A stretch of DNA of 64,000 nucleotides from positions 2,170,001 through 2,234,000 of the forward strand of contig CM052828.1 of assembly GCA_028534125.1 (NCBI GenBank), read 5' to 3'. Position numbers and translations under genes: made by a program. This document shows positions 14,821 through 28,111 of the stretch, one piece after another (position 1 is the stretch's first letter; every line of letters begins with the position of its first letter). This DNA comes from Lama glama. Its lineage: Eukaryota. The notes under the pieces were generated by a model that worked only from the letters and a program-made list of their open reading frames with translations, searched no databases and was not told where the DNA came from.

Positions 14821-15770
14821 AGAAACCATTAAAACAAATGAAATCTAATTTTAGTGAGGTGCCTCCCACCCCCTACCTGATGCCCGGGTAGAAGGCACAG
14901 AACAAAAGCACTTCGCAGTTTAACACCAATCGAGGAAACGCTTCATCGTGACGCGCGCCAACGTGCTTCAGTAAAGAAAGCAGCACAGAGCTTTCTTCCT
15001 CCGTTACCTGAGTTCATCCTGCCCTTCTCATCCTGCACAGCTAAAACATGAACTGTCAGGAGACAGTGGTGCTGAGTTAGTCAAGGGAAAGATTCTGAGA
15101 TTTTAAAACAGTCCAGTTGCGCACATAAAGTTGTCCGGGACATAAACAGTTTTAAACGTGCCACTCTGAACAGGCCTGCACGTTCTGTGGGCTCACACAC
15201 AAATGCGGAAAGGACAGAAACAGGGTGAACGCAGGGAGAGCAGCGCAGCTCCTCGCCTGCGCAACCTGACGAGCCAGACAAAAGCCGGAGGGGGACTGCG
15301 AAACCAAGTCCTCTGGACTCTCATCTCACGAGTCTCCTTCCAGAAGCACCAGCGACGTGCGCCACGCCGAGTCCGCCTCGGCTCCTGCAGTGGTTCGGCA
15401 AACGTGCGCTGAGAGCCCCCCAGCCCCTCGGGCCAGAAACCGGTCACCACCGGTTCCAGCCAAGTCCCAGCCCCACATGCTCAGATGAGGAGGACCTGGA
15501 CGCCACACACAGGAAGGGGCGGGGTCCAAGATCTCAGGGAGACATGAGCCCAAACCACAAAAGGACAGGACCCCCAGAACAAGGCTGACCCGGCCCGTGA
15601 GCACAGCCTCCTGCCCGGAACAAGTGACCTGCGGGCAGGTGCCGGCCACGCCCGCACAGGGCCTGAGCAGGGGACACGGGCTTGTGACGTGGGCGCCCGA
15701 ATGAGGAGAGAGGTGCTCAAGACACACTCGTTTCCTCCTCCTCACAGGCGAGCAGCTCTCAGAAACGTAC

Positions 15771-15823
15771 CTCTCTGCGCGGATCACACCACTGTAGTAG
15801 GGGGGGTCCCACGGCATTAACTC
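15771..15823 (-). CDS. MIPEP: MIPEP exon 10 (53 nt)
   Basis: ttgcag|ELMPWDPPYYSGVIRAE(R)|gtacgt; PWD motif typical of M3 peptidases. Confidence 0.96.
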
Positions 15824-16549
15824 CTGCAATGGAGAGAGTCAGCGTTAGGAAAGCTGCCGCCTAGTTTACAGGTCTTCTCAGTCATCCAGCCGGCTTACAA
15901 AAAGCGCGACCTGTTACTGTATCAGAAAAGTTCTATAAAAACTCAGGATGTGGCAGGAAACAGGTGCCTTTCTTCGGACTTCCCTGTGATCAGTGAGTGG
16001 AGAAGTATCAACAAGGCATAGTCACAGAACCTGGGGAAGGTGGGCAAGCGCCAGCCTGAATGTAAGCCAGTGCAAGTCCGTGCTAACAGACCACATCGGC
16101 CACGCTGAAGTTTCTCCCAAAACGCAAGCCACGCATCAGCCCGTCAGACGTGCTGCAGGGAAGGTCAGGGAACCAAGGGAAGACTAGGGCTCTTTCTAAA
16201 TCTAAGCAGGAAGCTTAAGGTGGATCCCCAAGTACAAGCAACAATTTAGCATGTAACGAAGGCAGAATTAACTCTAATCTTGGCAAAGAAAATATGTCAT
16301 AAAGTCTCGTAACACTCATTTTCGACACCTGGGACAGACAGTGACAGGGAAGATGCCTGAACACCTGCAGGGCTCACCCCCTGCAGGCTGTCCAGGTGAC
16401 AGAGTGCAGGTGAGGCAGACAGCCTGGGACCAGGCTTCCAGTCCCTCAGCTGTATGATGGGGACATGCTGTTTCGGCTCCAACGCTTCCCCGTTTCCCTC
16501 CTCCCCACTGCCACCCGGGAGCCCCCGGCCCACTCCTCCATCACACCCA

Positions 16550-16893
16550 GGCCCTTCTCCCTGCCTCGAGGGCTCTTCCCGAGCCGTTGCCTGGCGAGCT
16601 CCCTCCTTTTTCCACGTCTGCTCAAGGGCCACCTTCCTGGAGAGGTCTTCACTGCCCAGGCCACAGAAAACAGCAGCCTTTGTCCACTTCTCCCTGCAGC
16701 GTCTCACCCATAGCCCCACCCTCACAAGACCCGCACACAGTGATTTTCCTCCCGTGTTTACGATCTGTTTTCTTCCCCTAGAACGTAAGCTTCATGAGGG
16801 CAGGGGTTTGTTGGCATTTTTCCTACTACTTCCAGGCACCCAGGAATCTGCCCAGTACACAGACCACCCTCAAGACTTACTTGGCGAATGAAT
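16550..16893 (+). mobile_element. LINE-2 3' end
   Basis: ctagaacgtaagcttcatgagggcaggg...cccagtacacag...gaatgaat. Confidence 0.65.
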
Positions 16894-19018
16894 CAAAAGC
16901 ATCTCCCAGACAGGGCTGCCTAACGCATCTGCACTGCCGAACAGAACGCCCGGCGCTGAGAACAGCTTACTGTCGCTGCCCTTGAAAATCTCAGCTGAAG
17001 CATTATCCCCTCCAGTGACAAGGCGCTCTTCCTCGCACGCTGGGACCACGCTTTCCTCACAGAACGTGACCCACGGGAGATGTGGAGGTTTACTTTCTCC
17101 CCCTGAGCGCCCGGAGAGCAGGCCTGGCCCCCGGACCACACCCCTGCGTGCTCACTTCCCGGCACACACGTGACCGCCTACTCTCTGCTACGGCCCGACA
17201 CGGTGTGGGCTCTGATGAAGCAGGGACAGGACATGACCCGGCCCCAGGAGCTGACGAGGGTCCAGCCGACTGGAGAGCCATGCGTCACATCTAGGACGCT
17301 CTGCCTTGTGACAGAGCCCAAAAGAAGGCTTACATCTTGGGGGGAGAGCAGGAAGTGCCTGCAGGAGACAAAGCCGGTGCCGAGGCTGGAAGACCGGGAG
17401 CCCATGGCCCAGGTGCACAGCGCCTGCTGGCCCAGAAGTAGCCGGTACAGTTAAAAACAAAAGCAGGGAAAGCAAAGCACAAGGCAAGCGACGAGAGCAC
17501 ATGAGCACCACGCCGCGTCGGCAGGGAAGACACCCACCTGCTCCCGGGCGGCAGAGGACGAGGCTGGAGGAGGACGTGCGGGTGGGAAAGCTAAGACTCA
17601 AAGGTGCTGTGAGAATTACAGGGAGCGTGTGAAAATTCCACAGAGAGTAAGATCAGATCTGCGCTTCAGGACAAGCCCTGTGTGCTGGGGGCCTGGTCCA
17701 CGTCTAACACGGGGCTGGGCATGCAGCCGTGGTGCCTGAATCCATGGCCACAACCACGGGCCAGGAGGCCAGTTCACCAGGTACAGCCACATCCAGGCGA
17801 GAAGGGACAAAGACCCGACCCAGAGCTATGGTGAGGGGGCGGAGCAGGCCGGGAGTGAAACACCCGCAGGACTCCTTGAAGCACAGTCGGTGGGGCTCAT
17901 GACACAGGGGGGCCCGCGTGGGGCTCGCACGTTCACCCTCCTGACAAGTCCCAGGCGCTGCTGCTCTCCTGCCCGGGGGACACACTTGCGAACTGCTGGT
18001 CCCAGGTCTGGCTAGGACAGCAGGGTGAACGGCGGCCCCTTCACCAAAACAGGGCTTCATGAGAAGACTGGGCACCCCTAACATCTGCAGAACAGCCACA
18101 ATCAGTGCCCAAACACAAGTGTCAGGGGAGGACAGCTTCCGGTCATATCAGCTTCTAACGAATTAGCTTCTGGCAACACACTTTTCCTGCTTCCACCCTC
18201 ACCAAACTCAATTCTGCTCTATGATCCAGTTTCTAAGTGGACCCACCTACCCGGCTGAAGCGTGCAGAGGACCGAGCCTGGCTCCTGTGCTAGACGCAGC
18301 TCCCACCGCAAAGCAACAACCGACACGCTACTCTAGCAGCTGGTGAATCAGGCAGCACGAATCTGCCTCGCGGTGGTTGTACCTGGGAGGCTACCGAGCA
18401 GTTGCTAAGTCTCTAAGGCTGGCCGTGACAGGAAGCTCCCACCCAAGAATCCCCCCAGGCCCACCCCAGAAGGACGGCACAGGACCCAGTGACCCCAAGC
18501 ACCTCGAGCCAAATAAGGAACAGGGTCCTAACACCTGGGATCCCGTCCCTCTTCAGGGCGCCCTCTGGCCACAGGGACACGTGGTCTGACTGTAAGATCG
18601 TGTCATCATTTGACCTGAAGACAAAAAACCACACTCCAGGGCTTCCGGGGGGAGGGGCACACTCTGATCTACGTAGCTGAGCAAGGGCAGCAGTGACGCG
18701 GGGCCGCCACCGGCCGGCACCCTGCACGGAGCCCCGACAGCTGCTCCAGAGACGCCGGCTGCCGCGGGACAGAGGCAGCCCCGCACACGCCTCGTGCCAG
18801 GGCAGTGTGTCATGTCGGCTGACCAACAGGAACCCCGGTCTTCCTGGAACGTCAGGCCCAGACATGTGATCAAGCACTTCCGTACTGTGTTCCCCAAATT
18901 CAAGGACCCGGAACAAGGCTGAACGCACCTTCAGCAAGTCAGTTCTAGGGTCGCCAGACAGACCTCAGCTGACAGGCTGCTTCTGTTACAATGAAAACAT
19001 TCCAACAAGGTCACTTAC

Positions 19019-19079
19019 GGAATTCTGAGGATTTAGTTTCATTTTCATCCCTCGCATCATCTCAAACTCTTTTGTAGTT
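19019..19079 (-). CDS. MIPEP: MIPEP exon 9 (61 nt)
   Basis: ttacag|TTKEFEMMRGMKMKLNPQNS|gtaagt. Confidence 0.95.
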
Positions 19080-19609
19080 CTGTAAAACAGGTTCATTGTG
19101 GATGGTTAGGACAAAACTTTCATCCTTCCATTACAGAAGAACTAGTTTGCTTATGTTACATTCAACATTCATGGTAAGATTGGAAGAAATTTGTCGTGTG
19201 GACGTCGTGAACCAGTGTGAATCCTGATTTCACGTGTGTTGGACAAGACGGTGACATGCACGTCAGTGAATTACTTCAGTTTCCACCTTAAAAAGCTCCC
19301 TGGCAGGTATGTGCCTTCAAAGCACTAAAGCCTGGAAAAGTGAGCACTGTTACAGAAACACGCAAGGTCTCATCAGCAAACTTTCAATCACTGCTTTTTG
19401 CAACACCTTAAAAAAGTAAAAGGCTAACAAGTTACTTTCTATAGAAGAATATTAACGTGGATTATACTTCAGGTCGCCATCCATAATCCCTCCCCTACCA
19501 GCTGCACTGCCCGACTAGCAGAGCAACAATCAAACATGCGCTCAATATTTGCAGAATATGAAGTTTCTGTTAGAATTAACTGCTATAAACCACTGTGAAA
19601 TTATGAAGA

Positions 19610-19797
19610 TATATAAACAGCCAGGGGCTACTGTACAGCGCAGGGAACTATATTCAATACCTTGTAATGGCCTACAATGGAAAAGAACATGAAAAGGAGC
19701 ATACACACATACATGTGCAACTGAGTCACGATGCTGTGCACCTGAATTAACACGACTTGTAAACCAGCTGTACTTCAAGTAAAATTTTTTAATAAAA
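19610..19797 (+). mobile_element. Cetartiodactyl-type L1 3' end
   Basis: tactgtacagcgcagggaactatattcaataccttgtaat...gctgtgcacctgaa...tacttcaa followed by an A-rich tail; same family as 42186-42338. Confidence 0.75.
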
Positions 19798-20740
19798 ACT
19801 ATGGAGCTATATTTGCCCAAAATATAATCTACAGCTACATACAAGTGAAAAACAGTAACACTTAGCCAGCAAACCAAAGCAGAATAAATTCTCAAATAAC
19901 TGTGTAGGTAACACTACTTCATTGTATCAAAGCCACAACAGTTCACTGGATTAGAAGACCATTTTAGAATTGACAGATACAGCCCAAACTGGAGAGGACT
20001 GGGTTCTAAGGCACATGTTTACAATAGAAAATGGAAATTTGGGCTAAAATTGACTTTGTTGGTGCAAACAGCAGCTGAGTGAGACGGCTTTGGTAGAAAG
20101 GGCATCAGCCGTCTCCTACGAACCGTGACGCCCCTCCTCCTGGAGCCCCCAGCGTCCGAAGGCTCCTGGGGACAGGCCTCAGCCGCACCCTACAAGACGC
20201 CACGGAGGACGAGGGCCGCCACCAGAGGGCCAGCGCAGCGGGAGCAGGCGGGCGGGTCCCACTGAGGACAGGAGAGCACGCCAGCCTGGTCTGCAACGCT
20301 GAGGCCGAGCCCTCTTGAAACGCACAAAACGGAAACACAGGTCTGTTGACACGCCCATGAGCCGCCGTACTTAGACCAAAAGAAGAGAAAGGCTACCCTG
20401 TGAGCTTGCTACAGAATGGACTGTACAAGCCAAAACATACAGTCTCAGAAGGGCCTTGGCATTTTTAAAAACTACACATCAATGATGCACTCCTGAAACA
20501 ACGGCCTGGTTAACCAGAGGGGACGGCCTAGCTGTCCAAGGTCGTCACCTTAAGGCACCTTTGTGCTTTCAAAGTACATCTCACAGTTAACTTAAACTCC
20601 TGCTGGCTGAGCCCACAGATCCAACTCAATATTCCAACGCTTATATTCTTAAGAGGCCACGTCCTCATTTTTTAATAAATCAAGTCTTTAAAAACAAAAC
20701 CTAAATCACACACACGCTGAGGAGTGGAGTAAAAACTAAC

Positions 20741-20789
20741 CTTTCAGAAAGTTTGTCAGATAGTTTCTCGAGGAACTGCATGACGGTCT
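20741..20789 (-). CDS. MIPEP: MIPEP exon 8 (49 nt)
   Basis: ttttag|(E)TVMQFLEKLSDKLSE(R)|gttagt. Confidence 0.95.
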
Positions 20790-22029
20790 CTAAAACGAAA
20801 ATCCAAAAGAAAACACCTTTAATTATGTAAAATAAAACGAACATACCTGTTAAAATTACTGTGCTGCTCACAGAATCCACGCACTGCGCACCCTCAAGGC
20901 GGGGAACTTCGGAGGAAGCGGGGCTGCTGGCGTCCACTAGGCACTTCCAGACGGTGCCAGCTCTTCATGAGGAAAACAAGTTAAACTGACCTGGTGATAA
21001 TCCGAAGTCTTATGCTGTATCCCCAAATAAAGAGTTAATGGGGAGCGAGAGAAAAGAATGCAAAGTTTCCATCTGTTTCTATGTATTCATACACGAAAGG
21101 GAAAAAAAACATTTCTTAGATGTGTCTAAATTCTTGCGAGTTTTCAAGTGATAGCAAGACACTGATGTGTTCATAAAAATCAGCACAGTTTTAAGGACCA
21201 GATTTTAAAAATCGATGTTTTGGGGGAGCAACTATTTTTATTTTTACACCCAACACCAGAATGATCTATTCAGGACCAATTATCTAAAGAAAATACAGCA
21301 AAATTAGAACATTAAAGATTTAAGCTGTTATAACCTTTTTACTACTTAAAATACTCCAGCCGTAAGTCATTACACTGTACAAACCCATAAATGCCATGTA
21401 GTGGAATCACCATCATTTCCCGTGAGAGGACATTTTTCACGTGTATTTTTGAATTTAGCACCTTTTGCCACTGATTTACGCGGATAGAGCTTTCATATGT
21501 ATTTCAGAGGGAGCCACAAACACTTCTTCTATTTTCCAGACGATCTTCTAAATGGTTTTAAGTTTCTTGCTCTCTTCAAATTATCTCTTTTTGAGTAAAA
21601 TAAAACGCTGGGGGCAAAAGGGAGGCTGACCTAAACCAGGAGCGAAGCTGGGGGTTTCCCGCCTCTGACAGCAGCCACCAGGCCTGGGCCTGCGACCCGG
21701 GCAACCGCCCTGGGCATCCTGTTAGATGGCAGGTCGCCTCCCTACCGCTTCTGCCCCACCCAGTCCTCTTCCCCGCAACCTGTGCTGACCACGGACACAC
21801 ACACGCTTTACCTGCTTTTGGTTCTTGTCTGTCTCCCTCACAGGAGTACACGCCGCACACGAGCAGGGATCCCGGCCCGTCGTGCAGGGATTTGCCCCCA
21901 GCCCTGGTAACACCTGGCATGTGGCCCGTTTCCGCCGACTCAGTGGACGGACGTGGACAAGGTGGGTGACAGAAAAGACAGGGCTGTGGTCTCTGGTGGC
22001 CTGTCGTAGACCACGGATATAGAGCTGGG

Positions 22030-22180
22030 GTTTGGGCTTCAGCTCAGCCAAGTCTTAGCAGTTTAACCTCACCGTGGGTTCCCCATCTGTGAAATGGGTA
22101 CGACTGTCTACCTCACACGGCCGCAGAGGAATTAAATGAAACAACAGCCCAGAGCTGGCGTCACACCGTCATTAGTTGTT
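22030..22180 (+). mobile_element. MIR SINE core
   Basis: ttccccatctgtgaaatggg...ctacctcac...gaggaattaaatga. Confidence 0.65.
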
Positions 22181-22936
22181 GTGTAAAATAATGCCACTTG
22201 ATCGTAACACTGGGGTGACAAGAGTGACTATGGAAAAGCACTCAGGTGACGTTACAACTGTTCAGGAGATAAACCACCCAAAACAAACTGCAAGCATCCT
22301 AAGGGTTCAGGGACAGGGGGTCTAAGGGATGTGAAAACGTTTAACAGGCAGGTTTTGAGCTGAGCACTAGAACACTGGACAGGACTGTCACAGGCAGACA
22401 TGCAGGGAACAGGAGGGGCCACAGAATGAGTGGGACACGCCCAGGGCTGCCCAGTGGGCCCCACCAGGCCAAGGGACAGGGCTGCCCACAAAAGAGAGAC
22501 AAGGCAGGGTGGACCCAAGGAAACCTCGGGGAAGCTATGAACATAGCAGAGGAAGAAGGGATAACTGCGGGAAGGACACACACGGGACAGGCCCACGGAA
22601 GTGACCCTCCCCTGCAGAGCTCCCTCTCGCTCACAAACCCCCTCTCACGATGCTACGGCCCCTCCAGATGCACGACCAGAATCCAGGGTGGCCCCTACCA
22701 GGTCCTCCTTCCTCTCAACCCATCACAAAGTCATGTGAATCGAACCCCTAGAATACACCTGGACTCTCAACAGCTCCACCATCACGACCACCCGACCCCG
22801 GACCCAGTGTCTAAACTAACTGAAATGTAATCAACGTATTGCACACAGTTATGCCATTTTCTCTCACATCATAAACTGTAAAGAACCCCACAGAGCACAC
22901 AGCAAGCTCATCAAAGCCCCAGGGGAGACGCTCCCG

Positions 22937-23036
22937 CCCGGCACCAACCTCGCCAGGCAGCCCTCCTCTCTCAGCACAGGTGGGGACCCGGCACCAACCT
23001 CCCCAGGCAGCCCTCCTCTCTCAGTGCAGGTGGGGG
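22937..23036. repeat. Tandem duplication of a 50-bp unit
   Basis: cccggcaccaacctc(g/c)ccaggcagccctcctctctcag...aggtgggg occurs twice with period 50 and about 4 mismatches. Confidence 0.9.
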
Positions 23037-23426
23037 CTCCGTGGTTTTATGTGACCTGGCCTGCACTCAGCCTCGACTTGAGCAGACAGACAGTGTGTCT
23101 GTCCTGCCTCACGCTAAGCCTAACCCATCTGGTTAGACTGAGCACAGAGACCAGTTCGGTTAAAACGAAAATAATTTAAATTAGCATCAGTGAAACTTTA
23201 AGTATGACCTGCTCTCAACATGCCAACAAAATACATTGGTTGGGCAGGACATATTCCAAATTATTAGCTCCATTTAAAAGTCGTGTCTAATGATGACACA
23301 GACAACCTCCATCAACAGTCTCTAAGGACATGAAACAGAGAACACGAATTCACAGCTACTTAAAAGCAGGAGTTCAGCTCCATAAAAACCCTATTTTGTC
23401 CTCAGAAGCTGGATCAACAGGCTCAC

Positions 23427-23583
23427 CTGGGTTTCCGGCTATCGTTCCCTGGAGGGCTCTGTGGGCGTAGGTAGGATACCCCACTAACTGGGCCAGAAGA
23501 TCTCTGTTGCTGAGCAGTTCTTCTAGACACTGCAGCTGACCAGCATCGGGATACAGAAAAACCTTATAAGCAGCTTCTCGCAC
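23427..23583 (-). CDS. MIPEP: MIPEP exon 7 (157 nt)
   Basis: aaacag|[52 protein letters not shown]|gtgagc. Confidence 0.96.
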
Positions 23584-24112
23584 CTGTTTGAAGAGTAAAT
23601 GGTGAAACACACTCACCACAAAACAAAGTCCTACGTGGTAAAAACAGAGGCAGCCCCCCACCACTCCATTCTGCAGGTGAGCGATGCTTAAAAATAAAAT
23701 AACAGTTTCCACAAGATGAATGAAGCCTTTGGATTCACCAGCTAGTACAGGAGACACCATCACACTCGACCAGGGTCTCTGCTGGGAGCCGGGGCAGGGA
23801 CACAACGACCCAGTACACGTGCCGCAAAGCATCGTCCCTGGGGGAAGACACCTGCATCGGAGCCCTGAGCAGTCGGGACTGGCGATCATCCCTCTGCTCA
23901 TCAGCCCCCGGAAAGGAAGAGCCCTTTATGAGACCAGAGTAATTAAACTGCTTTCGTTCTTCAAAGCATTTACGGAATTAACGATCCTCAGTTAAATTTT
24001 TAGTGTAAAGCGGCACCAACGTATTCTGAAGGTGTGACTGTATTATCCCCGGATCTGGGGTTACGGCAGCAGCGACGGGGCCTGACCTACATGCGGTACG
24101 GGGCACACGCAC

Positions 24113-24295
24113 CAAGTCATCCGGCGCCTCCGCGTGCAGACTGTCCACCACGACGTGGTCCCCGGCCGGCTCAAAGTGCTGCCAAACGTGTTCCGGCAAG
24201 AGCCGCTTCTCAATCTTGTTGGGAAAGTTGGTTCCCATGAGAAATGTGCTGCTCAGGTCCAAGATTTTCACATTCAAGTCCACCGCTCTCTTACG
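24113..24295 (-). CDS. MIPEP: MIPEP exon 6 (183 nt)
   Basis: gtacag|[61 protein letters not shown]|gtgcgt. Confidence 0.96.
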
Positions 24296-27200
24296 CTGTA
24301 CATGGGGGCAGGAAAGTTAATGTTTCACGCCTAATTGAAGAGGCAGTCTCTAAAGGCAGCAAGTCAGCAGACACAGTTAAATCACAAACTAGTAAGACAG
24401 TAAATACACTCAGGGATAAAATGTATACTGAACATATGGTGTCTTAAATGTATAATGGGTAATAACACACGACAAATGTTAACTCTACTTTTGATGACTG
24501 GCCAAAAAGTTACCCTTTTGGTTTTACGACGTCTGTAAGCTTTAAGATTTACGTAACTGCTAGAGTGCTACTTTGAGTTCTATAATCTGTGAAATTAAGC
24601 CCACTGGGAAACCTAAGTGAACCAGGCGTCGTGGGCTAGTTGGATCTATTTCATAACAACACCTGAAAGTATCTTTAGACAGAAAACATTAAGTATTTGA
24701 AGGGCTGATTAGAAAACATACTCAGTCTTAAAAGGGTTGATACGAGGGCAGAGGAAGGGCCTTCCTGCAGCTCTTCCCTGAAGTGCAGAGAAGGGGCATC
24801 TCAAAGCTCTGCCGGGAACGTACTGGAGGGGCCACAGGAGGAGGGGCTGGAGCCCACCGCCAGGACAGCGTCCTCCAGCCTCAGGCACTGTCGACGATTC
24901 GAGAGGGGCCGTCGGCCCAGAGTGGGTTTATCTTCAGTTTTCAGACACAAGCTCCTGAGAAACCCTGTGCCGTCAGAGGGGCACCACAAGCGTTTGGGAT
25001 GAAACTTAATTCTGCCGTCCACAGTGGTAACTGGTGACCAGTCAGCATCTTCAGTCACCTGTTCCAGGAAAACTGGAGGGGCATCTGGACTTGGGCTCAC
25101 GGTGGAATCATACACAGACCTTTCTGAGAAGGGGGTCGGTAGCCATTAACAGATTCTAAACTACTCTGTGACCCTCAAAAGCGACTCCACAGCACTCATT
25201 GTTTTCAAAAAGGTAACTAACTATGAATGATGCAGATGTGCCCTTGATAATAAACTGTAAAAAGTATACATATTAATAACCAAAAGCATTTTCGATGTGT
25301 AAAATCCAAACATCGTGGGAAAAGTAAGTTTCAGGACACGCCAAGGTCTTTACGTCCAGACTTCTCTCTGCCTGTTGCTTCTGAGGAGGCCGTTTGTCAC
25401 CACCTGCTGGTGACCAGTGGAATAACCAAAAAAATGAAAGGTATCGGAAATTGCAGGATAGTTTCCAAAATTTTCCTCAAAGCCTTTACTTACTGAAATA
25501 AAAAACATGATAAAGTTATTCCAAAGAATTTGTCACCCGTTACAATCCCTGGAAAAATGCAAATTGTTTCTTTCCTGACTTCACCGACAGTCTGCTAACG
25601 CATACGATTTCATCACTGAGGTATTTAAATGTGTGGTGCTCTAAGAAGGCTATGAAATTGTTGTGTTTATTAAATGACTGCTAAGGAACACACTCCCTTT
25701 AAATGTTTCAGTTATATTCATGAGACCTTAAAAATTAAGTAAGAAATAATCTGGAAAGAACAGAGGAAGACAGCAGGCCTCGATGACTTTAGGTTACACT
25801 GTAGGTTTATTTTGAGCTCTTTTTCTACACGTTAACATGTCTTCCTTCCACCCCATCCGAGGGGGCACCGCCAACCACGGATGTGGGAGGACGAGGCTTA
25901 GCCCACTCTCGCCCTCAGCGTGGGTGCGGGCGCCGCTCTGCCGGGCCGGGGGAGGCTGACCCTGACCTCGCACATGTTACACTCGAATAAAGCTGCCAAA
26001 ACATCTTCCACGGAGATCACATACAACAGTAATGCCCAGGACTCTCCCTGGCAACCTCCCCCCGAAGGCGCCCAGCCTGACGACAAGCAGCGTTAGCACG
26101 ATCGTGCACACCCACTCCGCCCAATACCGGACGCGCTGAGAAAGGACCCACTCCCTGACCCGCGAGGCCGAGGACTGCGACACGCAACACAGCAATGACA
26201 ACTCACACACAGACAAATGCTGCACGCGTGAAACAAATGGATGAGTTCAGACGAATACACAATTCCACCAGGATGGGGGACAGAAGGGATGACAAAAGCT
26301 CCTCAGACACCTTGGCCTGAGGCAAGGGCGAAGGGACACAGGGCAGGGGACAGGGGCAGGGGGTCAGGAGTCACTCTGGGAAAGCAGGGCCTCGAGGACA
26401 CTATTTGCGTATGAGCTGCCACTCACACCCTTTCAACAGGCAGTGAGAAGTCACTGGCGGTTCCGGGCAGGAGAGTGACACCAAAATCAAGGCTTTGAGG
26501 AAGTGACTCCAGTGCTCACAGGCAGGTTAGACGGACCACCCGGGGGCCTGCAGGCAGGGCCCCCAGGCAGGCTCTGGAAAGGCCACCTCCTCCTCCAAGC
26601 CCTGTGGCCTTGGGTCACACGCATGGCCTCCAGCGCCTTCACCCGCGAGACAGGAGCAACAGTACCAGCCTCGGGGTTGTTATGAGGGAGCACCTGACGA
26701 GAAACTTATGACTGAAACAGCAAACGCTCAATCGCTGTTAGTCACAGCGAGCGTCAGGAAGACGAGGGCTTCTGGGGGCCCAGGCGTCTGGTGATGAGGA
26801 TCAAGATGCGTCTCTCCGGGGAGGCACAGAAGCGAGCAGCTCTACCGAAACCCTCCACGGGCTTGGTCGCTAAGACGTGAGGGCTCCGGGAAGAGCAACG
26901 ACGCAAGCTGGCTCCAAAGCTCCACCTGCGCGTCTCAGAGAATAGCGGCATGACTGGCGCAGAGGCGTTAATCACAAACTGCTTTGCAAAGGGGCAGTGC
27001 GTCCATTTCAGGCGATGTGAGTTTGCGGTCGACCCCACAGGCCTCGGGGACTGCTGCGTCAGGCCAGGAGTCATGCGCTGAGCCCGTAAGGCCACGTAAG
27101 GACATGGATGTGAGAGAGAACCCAGCATTGCTCAAATTCAGCTCCAGTCGAAATGATGGTGTCTATGCATGACACGTATCCCCAAGACCCGCCCTCTACT

Positions 27201-27973
27201 GCCTAAGATGCTCTGATAAAGCAACCTCTACTGACAGGTGAGCAGCCTCGTACTCTATTAAGAGACACAGATGTATCTCAGAGAGACAGACAGCACTGCT
27301 GGAACGGTCTGGGTGCAGGCAGGTGGGGGAGACGCTGGGCAGCAGGAAGGCCCTCCAGGGCTGGTTGAGCCACCCTGTTCTTTCAACCCCAGGCCCCATG
27401 CAGAAAAGACTGAGCACTTGGGATGTCGGGTTCTAGAAAGAGCAGTGGCCGGGGTGAGAGGTCCTGGGAACTAAGGACGGGAACCCGAACAAACCACTCT
27501 GTCCTGTGTCCACTTCTGTAAAATGAGGGGCCTGGACAGATCAGAAGGCCCCTCCCACCCCAGCTTGAACATCACACAACCCAGGCTTGCTGCTTCCGGA
27601 GCAAAGCTGTGGGGATCTGCTGAGGACAGGTATTGCGCGGATAATCACACGCACGTTGAGTCCTCATGTGCTCCCCAAACACCTGCCTCAGACCTGACCT
27701 TCGATGGGGTCACCCTCCTCATTCACTCGCTGCCTTCCTGCCGCTGCCCGTCTCACCCCAACTCCCTGACACCTGAGACGTCCCACGCGTAGCAAGTCAT
27801 CTTCTAATTCTGAATTACTGTGGGTGACAGGCCAGCTTCCAGGGAGCTTTATGTTCCAATGCAACCTACAGAAGAGTTTCATCGCATGAACAACCTATGC
27901 ATTTTTGTAATATGGAAATCCAAGCCACACACAAGAAGCACAACCGTAGCAACAAGACACCAACTTAGTATCA

Positions 27974-28111
<138 letters not shown>

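Noticed and set aside
20219-20232. CTCF-like motif CCACCAGAGGGCCA (similar matches near 25400 and 33550)
   Set aside because: Imperfect matches of this kind are frequent by chance in GC-rich DNA; needs ChIP or conservation support
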